From positions 531,710 through 595,709 of the forward strand of contig JAKAGM010000001.1 of assembly GCA_021815445.1 (NCBI GenBank): DNA of 64,000 nt, read 5' to 3'. This DNA is from a bacterium. Lineage in GTDB: Bacteria; Patescibacteriota; Patescibacteriia; UBA10025. The notes below the pieces were generated by a model, which saw only the letters and a list, made by a program, of their open reading frames with translations, was not told where the DNA came from and did not search any database. A program made the translations under genes and the position numbers. Positions 55,337-64,000 of the stretch are shown in pieces; the first letter of the stretch is position 1, and each line of letters begins with the position of its first letter.

Positions 55337-55984
55337 TTATTTCTTTGCGGCGTTCTTTGCGCCGTATGTTTTGATCATCATCTCGACGGCGGGTTTTGTC
55401 GCGACGAGCGTTTCGTACCGTAGCACGTCGAGAACATTGAGGCTGTTCGCGCGAATTGTTTCAACATGCGGGAGGTTGCGGGTAGCTTTTAGTACTGAGA
55501 GGTTCGCCTCGGCTAATACGGTAAGCGTTGTTTTACTGGTCGGCAGGGCTTTGAGTACAGAGACGAATCGCTTTGTCTTTGGTTGGTCAAGAGCAAGCTG
55601 GTCGACGACAATAAAGTGTTTGTTGCGGACTTTCTCGGAAAGTACCATTGCGAGCGCCTTGCGACGGGCTTTGGCATTTACTTTGACATGAAAATTTCTG
55701 GTATTGCGGGGACCGAATGTCACGCCTCCGCCTTTCCAAATCGGCGATCGGATAGACCCGTGTCGCGCCCTGCCGGTGCCTTTTTGACGCCAGGGTTTGC
55801 GGCCTCCGCCTTTGACTTCGCCCCGTGTTTTGGTGTGCGCGATGGACCTTCGGGCGTTTGCCTGCTGCGCGATAACCGCCTGCTGGACAACCACGGGATT
55901 GCCTGCCACACCGAAGAGGCTGTCGGGGAGCGACATTTTCCCGACTTCCTTTCCTGTTTGATTATAGACGCTGACACTGGGCAT
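55337..55984 (-). CDS. rplD: 50S ribosomal protein L4
   Basis: L4 family pattern. Confidence 0.9.
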   Translation of the reverse strand: MPSVSVYNQTGKEVGKMSLPDSLFGVAGNPVVVQQAVIAQQANARRSIAHTKTRGEVKGGGRKPWRQKGTGRARHGSIRSPIWKGGGVTFGPRNTRNFHVKVNAKARRKALAMVLSEKVRNKHFIVVDQLALDQPKTKRFVSVLKALPTSKTTLTVLAEANLSVLKATRNLPHVETIRANSLNVLDVLRYETLVATKPAVEMMIKTYGAKNAAKK

Positions 55985-55987
55985 AGA

Positions 55988-56599
55988 TTATATCGTTTGG
56001 AGGAGCAGGATACCGTGGCGAGCGCCGGGCACCGCGCCTTTCACGTACAAAATATTTTTTTGCGGATCTATGGAAACAACAGTAAGGTTGCGTGCAGTCG
56101 AGCGCGCTCCGCCCATTCTGCCTGCCATTCGCATTCCTTTGATGACGCGCTGGACTCCGCCGGCACCGATGGAACCTGAGGTGCGAAGCTGGTCTTTATG
56201 GCCGTGAGTTGCGGGGTGACCATGAAATCCGTGCCGTTTGACGACGCCCTGGAAACCCTGCCCTTTGGAAATCCCTGTCGCTTTTATCTTGTCTCCCGCC
56301 TTGAACGTATCAACGGTGAGCTGCTGGCCCCGTGAAAATTGCTTGGGGTCGACGACGGCAAATTCCCGCAGCTGTTTGAACGATTGAAGCCCTTTCAGAT
56401 GGCCGGCAAGCGGCTTGGAGGTCTTTGAAGCTTTTCGCTCCTGGAACCCAAGCTGGATAGCATTGACGCCATCTTTTTCGGCGATTTTCACCTGAGTGAC
56501 GGTACAGGGCCCCGCATGGAGTATGGTGACTGGGATGACAGTTCCATCATCGGTGAAGTGCTGGGTCATTTCGATTTTTTCTGCAATGAGAACCGACAT
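55988..56599 (-). CDS. rplC: 50S ribosomal protein L3
   Basis: L3 family pattern incl. GKGFQGVVKRHGF. Confidence 0.9.
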   Translation of the reverse strand: MSVLIAEKIEMTQHFTDDGTVIPVTILHAGPCTVTQVKIAEKDGVNAIQLGFQERKASKTSKPLAGHLKGLQSFKQLREFAVVDPKQFSRGQQLTVDTFKAGDKIKATGISKGQGFQGVVKRHGFHGHPATHGHKDQLRTSGSIGAGGVQRVIKGMRMAGRMGGARSTARNLTVVSIDPQKNILYVKGAVPGARHGILLLQTI

Positions 56600-56806
56600 A
56601 GTGTGATATATAAAAAAACCGGTCTAGTGAAGAGCCAGATGACTTGAGAAACAGAGAGGTGAGCCTAGCTCATTTTTTTCACTCCGGTCCTATGAATATT
56701 GACGAAGTATCTGGCAAATTGTTATCTGAGGATTAACTCGTATTCCATGAAACGTATTGTCATCCCCAGAACCGATCTACCGTAATGATTTGTGAAAGAC
56801 GTTATG

Positions 56807-57157
56807 CTACATCTTAATCTCGACATCGACGCCCGCGGGAAGATTGAGATTCATCAGCGCATCGACTGTTTTGGGCGTCGGCTCCAAAATATCTATCAGC
56901 CGTTTGTGGATCCTCATTTCGTACTGTTCCCGGGAATCTTTATGGACGAACGTCGAGCGGTTGACGAGGTACTTGGTTTTTTCGGTGGGAAGCGGAACGG
57001 GGCCCTTGATGTGCGCCCCTGACCGTACAGCGGTATCGAGAATAGTCCGCGTCGACTGGTCGATAATCTTATTGTCGTAGGCGCGAATCTTGATACGTAT
57101 CCTGCTTGAGCCGCTCGGCTCTTCTTCCTTTGTCTTCGGGTTATCGTGTTCTGCCAT
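56807..57157 (-). CDS. rpsJ: 30S ribosomal protein S10
   Basis: [10 protein letters not shown] ... S10 core. Confidence 0.9.
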   Translation of the reverse strand: MAEHDNPKTKEEEPSGSSRIRIKIRAYDNKIIDQSTRTILDTAVRSGAHIKGPVPLPTEKTKYLVNRSTFVHKDSREQYEMRIHKRLIDILEPTPKTVDALMNLNLPAGVDVEIKM

Positions 57158-57217
57158 GTACCTTGTGAGAAAGAAAGTCCCCCCTACCCGTGAAAGGATG
57201 TGGAGGAATTCCCTTTT

Positions 57218-58402
57218 TTATTTGATTATCTTTGTGACGGCTCCTGCACCGACGGTGTGGCCGCCCTCTCGGATGGCGAAACGCTGCTGTTCTTGGAGTG
57301 CGACTGGAACAATGAGCTTGATATTGAGCTTGAGCGTATCTCCGGGCATGACCATTTCAGTCTTTTCAGGGAGGATAACTTCTCCGGTCACATCAGTGGT
57401 TCGGATGTAGAATTGGGGCTTGTAGCCCTTGAAAAACGGAGTGTGCCGGCCGCCTTCTTCTTTGGTAAGGATATATACTTGGGCCTCAAATTCTGTATGA
57501 GGGGTAATAGTTCCCGGCTTCGCGAGCACCTGTCCCCTTTCGACATCTTCTTTCTTAGTGCCACGGAGGAGCAGCCCTGCGTTATCGCCGGCCCGTCCTT
57601 CGTCCAACTGCTTATTGAACATTTCTATTCCGGTAATGACAGTCTTGCTCGTATCATGGATACCGACAATTTCCACTTCATCGTTGAGCTTGACAGTACC
57701 CCGCTCGATACGGCCGGTAACAACGGTACCGCGGCCCTCGATCGAGAAAATGTCTTCGATGGGCATGAGGAACGGCTTGTCGACTTCGCGTTTCGGCTCA
57801 GGGATGTATTCATCAAGCTTCTTGACCAGTTCGAGAATTGATTTCTTGGCTTCTTCGTCTCCCTCGAGCGCTTTCAGCGCGGATCCTTTGATAATCGGAA
57901 TTTCATCTCCCGGATATTCGTACTTTTTGAGCAGATCGCGAATCTCGACTTCGACAAGGTCGATAAGCTCTTTGTCATCAACCATGTCAATCTTGTTGAG
58001 AAAAACAACGATATACGGAACACCGACCTGGCGTGCGAGAAGGATATGCTCTCGAGTCTGAGGCATAGGACCGTCTGCTGCGGACACGACAAGGATGGCG
58101 CCATCCATCTGCGCGGCGCCGGTAATCATATTTTTTACATAGTCGGCATGACCGGGACAATCGACGTGGGCATAATGACGCTTGTCGGTTTCATACTCGA
58201 CATGCGCTGTTGCGATAGTAATACCGCGTTCGCGCTCTTCGGGAGCGTTGTCAATCTGGTCAACTGATTTATCTTGCGCTTTATATCCGGCGTCTTTTAA
58301 CGTCTTAAGAATTGCAGCGGTGAGAGTCGTTTTCCCGTGGTCAACATGACCGATGGTACCAACGTTCACGTGCGGTTTTGATCTGTCGAATTTCTCTGCC
58401 AT
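57218..58402 (-). CDS. tuf: Elongation factor Tu
   Basis: [15 protein letters not shown], NKxD motifs. Confidence 0.95.
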   Translation of the reverse strand: MAEKFDRSKPHVNVGTIGHVDHGKTTLTAAILKTLKDAGYKAQDKSVDQIDNAPEERERGITIATAHVEYETDKRHYAHVDCPGHADYVKNMITGAAQMDGAILVVSAADGPMPQTREHILLARQVGVPYIVVFLNKIDMVDDKELIDLVEVEIRDLLKKYEYPGDEIPIIKGSALKALEGDEEAKKSILELVKKLDEYIPEPKREVDKPFLMPIEDIFSIEGRGTVVTGRIERGTVKLNDEVEIVGIHDTSKTVITGIEMFNKQLDEGRAGDNAGLLLRGTKKEDVERGQVLAKPGTITPHTEFEAQVYILTKEEGGRHTPFFKGYKPQFYIRTTDVTGEVILPEKTEMVMPGDTLKLNIKLIVPVALQEQQRFAIREGGHTVGAGAVTKIIK

Positions 58403-58446
58403 TGTGGTAAGGGTTAATTATTGATAATTATTTATGCCGAAGGGTA

Positions 58447-58475
58447 CATTGTACGTACCGCTTACGAAACTGTCA
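58447..58475 (-). promoter_or_regulatory. Consensus sigma70 promoter for tuf (TTGACA-17nt-TACAAT on minus strand)
   Basis: Hexamers read on minus strand, 17 nt spacer, about 45 nt upstream of tuf start. Confidence 0.6.
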
Positions 58476-58653
58476 AGGTTATTACCCCTTGAGCTGAAAA
58501 GTTATGTACTGAGCAGTATAGCAGTCGCTGAAGTTAGCCGCAAGGCGCGACCTGTAGGCAAAATGTGCACAAGAGGATTGATTACACAAGAAAATGCTTA
58601 AATGCGCAAGTTTCTGCCTAGAACTTATCCCCAGACTGTGGATAGTTCATTGT

Positions 58654-59220
58654 TTACAGTTCCTTTATCCCTGTAGCCAGAGTATCGGTTTCGGCTGTTT
58701 TGCCTGAAACGAGGTACGTATTTTTCGTCCCATGGATAACATAGAGCACAGTAGTGGCGGAATCCTTTTCGCTGGTGATGACGTATTTGTCAGCCGACAT
58801 GCCGTTGATTGTCGAGCGGATTGCATTGGGCGCCCCCCCTTCGCCAAAGTACGTGGCAGGCACATCAAAATTCTTCTGCAGGACACTGAAGGTAATAATG
58901 CCGCCGTTACCCGGGGTAAAATAATAGGCTGTCGCAACTTCATTTGTCAGTGTTGGCACCGTTGTTTTAGACCATCCGCTTGGGTAGGTAATCTGGTATC
59001 CGACTTCCGTATTCACAAAAACTGTCGTTTGCGAAACCGAGGGCGCGGTGTTCACTGTTGGTTGAGAGGTGTTCGCGATATTCTGTACATTCGAGCTGGA
59101 GGATGGCGGAGTCTGATTCCGTGCTTTTGTCAGAGCAAAATACGCTCCTGCACCCGCAAGAATGACAACAATCACGGCAGAGATCCATCGTTGAGATACG
59201 CCTTGGGTTTGTGGGGACAT
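58654..59220 (-). CDS. Membrane-anchored secreted hypothetical protein inserted between fusA and tuf
   Basis: N-terminal TM helix, Ser/Thr-rich linker, domain starting with GYQITYPSGW motif related to the WKTYTN...KYP modules. Confidence 0.5.
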   Translation of the reverse strand: MSPQTQGVSQRWISAVIVVILAGAGAYFALTKARNQTPPSSSSNVQNIANTSQPTVNTAPSVSQTTVFVNTEVGYQITYPSGWSKTTVPTLTNEVATAYYFTPGNGGIITFSVLQKNFDVPATYFGEGGAPNAIRSTINGMSADKYVITSEKDSATTVLYVIHGTKNTYLVSGKTAETDTLATGIKEL

Positions 59221-59233
59221 GGGAAAAGAAAAT

Positions 59234-61324
59234 TTACCTTCTTACCTGAGTACCTGCGGCTTCACCGACTATCGTCTCAGTGACATGGTGAGGCACCGGA
59301 GCATAGTGAGAGAACTCCATGGAGTATGAAGCGCGTCCTTGCGACATTGAACGAAGCTGGGTGGCATAACCGAACATTTCAGCGAGTGGAACTTCGGCGT
59401 CAATCAGGCGGTTGGTTTGCCTTTCACGCATCTCGTTAATCACCGCGCGCTTTGAGTTGAGATCGCCGATGACATCGCCCATATATTTTTCGGGAACGAC
59501 AACCTCCACCTTCATGATCGGCTCGAGAAGTATGGGGCTCGCACGCTTCGTCGCGGCCTGGAGCGCCATTGACCCGGCTATTTTGAACGCAGCCTCGGAT
59601 GAATCGACTTCATGGTAGGTGCCGTCGTAGACCGTTGCCTTGACGTCGACGAGCGGAAACCCGGCGACGACCCCTCTGTCCATGGCTTCCTTGATGCCTT
59701 TGCTGATAGGCAGAATATACTCATGCGGGATGACGCCGCCTTTTACCTCGTCGACGAATTCAAACCCTTTGCCTCGCTCCAACGGCTCGACGCGGACAAA
59801 ACAATGGCCGTACTGGCCGCGTCCGCCAGACTGCCTGATGTACTTACCCTCAGCTTCAGCTGTCGCCGTGATCGTCTCTTTGTAGGCTACGCGGGGCTTA
59901 CCGACGTTAGCCTCTACTTTGAACTCCCGTTTCATGCGGTCCACGATGATATCGAGATGGAGCTCTCCCATTCCGGAAATAATCGTCTGGTTGGTCTCTT
60001 CGTCAGATTTGATGCGGAAGGTCGGATCCTCTTCGGCAAGCTTGCCGAGCGCCATGCCCATCCGTTCCTGGTCTTGCTTCGTCTTAGGCTCGATGGCAAT
60101 TGAGATGACCGGCTCGGGAAATTTGATTGACTCGAGGATGACCGGATGGTCTTCGGCGCAAATCGTGTCGCCGGTTGTCGTGTCTTTCAATCCGACTGCA
60201 GCGGCTATTTCTCCTGCAAATACTTCTTGCACTTCTTCCCGGTGATTTGCGTGCAGACGGACAATGCGTCCGATCCGTTCTTTCCGTCCGCTCCGGGAAT
60301 TCAGGACATACGACCCTGCGGCGAGCACGCCTGAGTAGACTCTAAAAAACGCCAGCTTTCCGACGTACGGGTCAGTCGCAATTTTAAAAACTAAACTGAC
60401 AAACGGGTCGGTGTCACTCGGTTTCACTTCAATGTCGGCCTGGGTCTTCGGATCGATTCCATGCACGGCTTTTGCCTCAAGCGGAGACGGTAGGTAATCA
60501 TTCACGGCGTCGAGAAGAAATTGCACGCCTTTGTTTTTCAACGCTGAGCCGCAAAAAACCGGCACCAGCTCGTTGTTGATGCATGCTGTGCGCATCACCC
60601 GTTTTAACTCTTCGAGAGGAGGTTCTGTGCCCTCGAGGTACTGGTGAAGAAGCTTTTCATCCTTTTCTACGATGGCTTCAATAAGTTTATGTCGGTACTC
60701 GCTGACCTGTTCTTTCATGCTCTCGGGAACGTCAGTTTCCTCCCATTCTTTACCCATTTCATCCTTATATACAATGGCCCGCTGGGTGAGTAGGTCGATC
60801 AGACCGGTGAAGGTTTCAGCGGCGCCGATAGGCAGTTGCATCGGGTACGCGTTGGTCGTCAGACGCTCATGAATTGAAGCAATGTCCGAGTAGAAATCGG
60901 CTCCCATACGGTCCATTTTGTTGATGAAACAGATTCTCGGGACGTTAAATTTCTCAGCCTGGTGCCAAACGGTCTCTGACTGGGGCTCGACACCGGCAAC
61001 ACCGTCGAATACGACAACTCCCCCGTCAAGCACGCGGAGTGACCGTTGAACTTCGACAGTGAAATCAATATGACCCGGAGTATCAATAATGTTGATCCGA
61101 TGGTCTTTCCAAAAGCATGTCGTGGCAGCCGCGGTAATGGTAATGCCGCGTTCTTTCTCCTGTTCCATCCAGTCCATTTCGGCCTCGCCCTCGTGCACCT
61201 CGCCTATCTTATGCTTCTTGCCCGTGTAATACAAAATACGTTCCGACACGGTTGTTTTTCCAGCGTCGATGTGCGCTATGATACCGATGTTTCTGGTTTG
61301 TTCCAAACTAAATTCTCGGGGCAT
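59234..61324 (-). CDS. fusA: Elongation factor G
   Basis: [14 protein letters not shown], five EF-G domains. Confidence 0.95.
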   Translation of the reverse strand: MPREFSLEQTRNIGIIAHIDAGKTTVSERILYYTGKKHKIGEVHEGEAEMDWMEQEKERGITITAAATTCFWKDHRINIIDTPGHIDFTVEVQRSLRVLDGGVVVFDGVAGVEPQSETVWHQAEKFNVPRICFINKMDRMGADFYSDIASIHERLTTNAYPMQLPIGAAETFTGLIDLLTQRAIVYKDEMGKEWEETDVPESMKEQVSEYRHKLIEAIVEKDEKLLHQYLEGTEPPLEELKRVMRTACINNELVPVFCGSALKNKGVQFLLDAVNDYLPSPLEAKAVHGIDPKTQADIEVKPSDTDPFVSLVFKIATDPYVGKLAFFRVYSGVLAAGSYVLNSRSGRKERIGRIVRLHANHREEVQEVFAGEIAAAVGLKDTTTGDTICAEDHPVILESIKFPEPVISIAIEPKTKQDQERMGMALGKLAEEDPTFRIKSDEETNQTIISGMGELHLDIIVDRMKREFKVEANVGKPRVAYKETITATAEAEGKYIRQSGGRGQYGHCFVRVEPLERGKGFEFVDEVKGGVIPHEYILPISKGIKEAMDRGVVAGFPLVDVKATVYDGTYHEVDSSEAAFKIAGSMALQAATKRASPILLEPIMKVEVVVPEKYMGDVIGDLNSKRAVINEMRERQTNRLIDAEVPLAEMFGYATQLRSMSQGRASYSMEFSHYAPVPHHVTETIVGEAAGTQVRR

Positions 61325-61327
61325 AGA

Positions 61328-61918
61328 TTACGAGTGTTTATAATCAGCTAAAAGAGCGCGAAAATGCTCGAGATCGAGCTTTAACATGTGCCATAGGCCG
61401 AATTGAGCGCTGAGATATTCCGGGTTTTTCGCCTGCTGCTTATCAAAATTTTGGACAAGGGCGAGATATTTTTTCAGCAGATCCCCGAACTCTTTGCTCA
61501 GCGAAGGCAGCTCTGGGTGGGCATTTAAAAACTCTCGGGTAGTTGTTGTATTTACTTCATCGAGAAGATTTGAGATTTCAAAAAAATCTGCCTGGAATTC
61601 AATGTTGTATCGCGACGCCCGCTCCCGGTCAAATGAAGAGGCTGCCTGTTCTGTGCCTGGTTCCTGACTTTCTGCAAATCCGGCCTCGATCTCCTTCATC
61701 TGCTGCTCGAAAGTAATTTCACCTTTCTTTACTGCCTCTTCAAAATCCGGAGTAATGCTTTCAGCACGTTTGGTACTATCAAGTTTTTCTCGATACTCGC
61801 GCTGAACGGCGACAAATGAACAGTCTTCAGCATGTGAAGATATGGATTGACCGCAAAACTTGCAGATTTCTTGTCCTTTGTCTCCCTCAGGAGCAGGAAT
61901 GTCGCCTTCTCTGGCCAT
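61328..61918 (-). CDS. Hypothetical protein with N-terminal CxxC ... C cluster, inserted between rpsG and fusA
   Basis: 196 aa, acidic, CKFCGQ ... C motif. Confidence 0.5.
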   Translation of the reverse strand: MAREGDIPAPEGDKGQEICKFCGQSISSHAEDCSFVAVQREYREKLDSTKRAESITPDFEEAVKKGEITFEQQMKEIEAGFAESQEPGTEQAASSFDRERASRYNIEFQADFFEISNLLDEVNTTTTREFLNAHPELPSLSKEFGDLLKKYLALVQNFDKQQAKNPEYLSAQFGLWHMLKLDLEHFRALLADYKHS

Positions 61919-61922
61919 ACAC

Positions 61923-62387
61923 TTACGCGAAATGAGCGAACGCCCGGTTCGCCTCAGCCATGCGGTGGACGTCCTCTTTCTTTTTCACGGCGTCGCCTTC
62001 GTTTGCCGCCGCGCTAAGGAACTCGTTAGCGAGCTTTTCGCTCATGGATTTGCCTTTCTTGCCGCGAGCAGCCTCGAGGAACCAGCGGTACGCAAGCGTC
62101 AGCTTCCTGTCGCCGCTCACTTCGATGGGGATCTGGTAGTTCGCCCCGCCGACGCGGCGTGATTTCACCTCGACAAGGGGACTCACATTCTTTATCGCGA
62201 GATCAAAAACTTCCATGGGATCCTTCTTGGTCTTCTCATGGATAATGTCGAAGGCGCCATAGACGATGCTCTCAGCGATGGTTTTCTTGCCTTTGCGCAT
62301 GACCTGATTGATCAGCTGGGTGATGACCGGCGACTGGTATTTCCAATCAGGGAAGTGCGCGCGACGTGGTGCTCGTTTTCCTCTCAT
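61923..62387 (-). CDS. rpsG: 30S ribosomal protein S7
   Basis: S7 family pattern. Confidence 0.9.
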   Translation of the reverse strand: MRGKRAPRRAHFPDWKYQSPVITQLINQVMRKGKKTIAESIVYGAFDIIHEKTKKDPMEVFDLAIKNVSPLVEVKSRRVGGANYQIPIEVSGDRKLTLAYRWFLEAARGKKGKSMSEKLANEFLSAAANEGDAVKKKEDVHRMAEANRAFAHFA

Positions 62388-62390
62388 AGC

Positions 62391-62807
62391 TTATTTCTCC
62401 TTTTTAACCCCGTACAGGCTGCGTCCCTGCTTCCGGTCGGCAACGCCCTGGGTGTCGAAAACGCCGCGGACGATATGATAGCGAACACCGGGAAGGTCTT
62501 TGACGCGGCCGCCGCGAATCAACACAATCGAGTGTTCCTGCAGATTATGGCCGATGCCGGGGATATACGCCGTGACTTCCATGCCGTTGGACAAACGGAC
62601 TCTGGCGATTTTTCGGAGCGCCGAGTTCGGTTTCTTTGGAGTAGTCGTCGTAACCTTGATACAGACGCCGCGTTTGAACGGTGAGCTTTCAGGCAAAAAC
62701 GTCCTGCGCCGCTTAAGCGTGTTAAACACGGTCTGCATGGCAGGGGTTTTGGACTTGCGCACGGCGCTCGTCCTACCTTTTCGTATCAGTTGGGATATTG
62801 TGGGCAT
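62391..62807 (-). CDS. rpsL: 30S ribosomal protein S12
   Basis: [11 protein letters not shown] start, [10 protein letters not shown] motif. Confidence 0.95.
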   Translation of the reverse strand: MPTISQLIRKGRTSAVRKSKTPAMQTVFNTLKRRRTFLPESSPFKRGVCIKVTTTTPKKPNSALRKIARVRLSNGMEVTAYIPGIGHNLQEHSIVLIRGGRVKDLPGVRYHIVRGVFDTQGVADRKQGRSLYGVKKEK

Positions 62808-62858
62808 AAAAACTATTAAAAAAGTCTCTCATGACGAGACCTACAGGAACCGTTTCGA

Positions 62859-62887
62859 AGTATAGAATAATCTCCGGAGCCTGTCAA
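62859..62887 (-). promoter_or_regulatory. Sigma70 promoter for rpsL operon (TTGACA-17nt-TATACT on minus strand)
   Basis: Hexamers read on minus strand about 50 nt upstream of rpsL. Confidence 0.6.
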
Positions 62888-62923
62888 ATAGTCCGAACCC
62901 AACCTTCACCCTGCCCGAGAAAA

Positions 62924-63562
62924 CTAACTGAAGATGCGGAAAACGAAGTTGGTAACGGCCGTGAATATGCTGCTCAACGGGGAAACGGACGAAAAGCTGT
63001 TCAGCAGGATGAAAGCGAGGAGAATCAGCGAACCGTAGCGCTCAAGCATGATCTTGAAATGGATATATTTGTCCGAAAGGGCCGAATAGAGCAATTTCGA
63101 CCCATCGAGAGGCGGAATGGGGATCAGGTTGAATAACCCGAGGATGATATTAACCTGAACTAGGGCGACGAGGAACAGTGTCAGGAGATTGTCTTGCGAG
63201 AGATGCCCTCCGACAACCAGGAATTTCAGCGCAAACCCGAAAATGATAACGCTGACAAAATTTGAAATTGGCCCGGCAAGTGAAATGACGGCTGGCCCCC
63301 ATCGGTGGTTTTTGAGCGAATACGGGTTAAACGGCACCGGCTTCCCCCATCCGAACCCCACGAGCACGAGCATGACGGATCCAAGCGGGTCGAGATGGGC
63401 CAGAGGATTCAGCGTCAGGCGTCCCTGGTCCCTCGCCGTCGTATCGCCCAAGCGGTAGTCTGCGAGCGCATGGGAAAACTCATGGACGGTAATGGCATAC
63501 ACAATTGCCGCGATCCATACGATGAAAAACTGGGGGTTGGTGAAAAGGTATTGCAATATCAT
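62924..63562 (-). CDS. M50 family (site-2 protease-like) zinc metalloprotease
   Basis: HEFSHAL HExxH motif inside TM helix, second LDGS motif; start moved to MILQYLF. Confidence 0.7.
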   Translation of the reverse strand: MILQYLFTNPQFFIVWIAAIVYAITVHEFSHALADYRLGDTTARDQGRLTLNPLAHLDPLGSVMLVLVGFGWGKPVPFNPYSLKNHRWGPAVISLAGPISNFVSVIIFGFALKFLVVGGHLSQDNLLTLFLVALVQVNIILGLFNLIPIPPLDGSKLLYSALSDKYIHFKIMLERYGSLILLAFILLNSFSSVSPLSSIFTAVTNFVFRIFS

Positions 63563-63595
63563 AAATGATCTGCTATGATGCTCGGCACTACCCCT

Positions 63596-63781
63596 ATGGC
63601 AAGAATTTGCTCCATTTGCGGCCGCGGATCCCTCAAGAGCGCGAGCCGCAGTCATTCAAACATCAAGACGATCCGTCGCCGGCATATAAACTTGCAAAAA
63701 GCGAGAATCGAGAACCACTCGGTGCTTGTCTGCACGAATTGCTTAAGGACACGGATCAAGAACGCAGCCGTCCCAGCGTAA
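63596..63781 (+). CDS. rpmB: 50S ribosomal protein L28 (Cys4 form)
   Basis: MARICSICGRG ... SHSNIKTIRR ... CTNC; start moved to MARICS. Confidence 0.85.
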   Translation: MARICSICGRGSLKSASRSHSNIKTIRRRHINLQKARIENHSVLVCTNCLRTRIKNAAVPA

Positions 63782-63898
63782 GTTCTCCCGAACTTTGCGC
63801 TCGCGGCCCATACCGTCCATTGTCTGGCCGAGTTTTTTGCTCATCAAAAGTACAAAACAGACTCACTATACCAGAGAACAGTGCCGGCGTCTATTGTT

Positions 63899-64000
63899 TT
63901 AGGCGACCCGAAGCGACGCGCAAGCTTTAATCTTAGTGTCGAGCTGTGTCAGCCGGGTGATGTCTTCTGCGGTGATGCGGGACAACGTCGGATCGCGCTG
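63899..64000 (-). CDS. C-terminal fragment of a minus-strand gene continuing beyond the window
   Basis: Open frame from base 64000 to TAA at 63899-63901; product unknown. Confidence 0.3.
   Translation of the reverse strand, partial: QRDPTLSRITAEDITRLTQLDTKIKACASLRVA

Noticed and set aside
1-64000. CRISPR arrays, integrase or transposase genes, rRNA genes
   Set aside because: No regularly spaced direct repeats, no recombinase-like ORFs and no rRNA-like sequence were seen anywhere in the window.

Overview
This 64 kb window looks like a small-genome bacterium of the CPR/Patescibacteria type, judged from gene content and layout; this is inference only. GC is about 50-55%, genes are short and tightly packed, almost everything is on the minus strand, and there are many secreted hypothetical proteins. 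The ribosomal cluster has no L30. From high to low coordinates on the minus strand:
- 62-64 kb: an M50 (site-2) protease-like gene, with L28 (rpmB) on the plus strand.
- 57-62.8 kb: the str operon rpsL-rpsG-fusA-tuf, with two hypothetical genes inserted.
- 46.5-57.2 kb: a long S10/spc/alpha ribosomal block running rpsJ through rplO, then secY-adk-map.
- 42-45 kb: ruvX, an MraY/WecA-family transferase, a DUF192 gene and rplU.
- 39.7-42 kb: a plus-strand dnaB-ybaB-recR block.
- 38.7-39.7 kb: a DnaQ-like exonuclease, then tRNA-Lys(TTT) followed by two truncated tRNA-Lys-like 5' fragments.
- 35-38.4 kb: a VirB2/TrbC-like small membrane protein and a P-type ATPase.
- 26-35 kb: asnS and aspS, with paralogous secreted repeat proteins and a LamG-like surface protein between them.
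- 20.7-26.3 kb: scpA-scpB, a DD-carboxypeptidase, tpiA-fba-gap, and a YbaK-like deacylase.
- 20.45 kb: tRNA-Glu(CTC).
- 16.6-20.3 kb: a membrane-anchored hypothetical protein, a phage-holin-4-like gene, a HIT-family gene, and tgt.
- 13.4-16.4 kb: two tandem secreted peptidases of the C39/papain type.
- 9.4-12 kb: a CIRCE-controlled heat-shock operon, hrcA-grpE-(small Cys/His peptide)-hsp20-(Zn-ribbon protein)-dnaK.
- 0.1-1.2 kb: dnaJ at the far end.
The most interesting region is a roughly 5 kb accessory island between dnaK and dnaJ, at about 2.35-7.49 kb:
- It carries an AT-rich standalone SIR2-like gene (SIR2_2 family, with the catalytic N and H motifs typical of NADase effectors).
- It also carries a 148 aa orphan protein, a protein with a duplicated WHH-like motif, a trypco2-like small protein, DUF3467, and several tiny membrane proteins.
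- It contains a promoter- and terminator-bounded candidate small RNA.
- A conserved pair of palindromic hairpins, ATGCYGAA-N5-TTCRGCAT followed by GCACCC-N6-GGGTGC, sits upstream of two island genes and recurs once more near tgt.
I read this as a candidate uncharacterised SIR2-based conflict or defence module.
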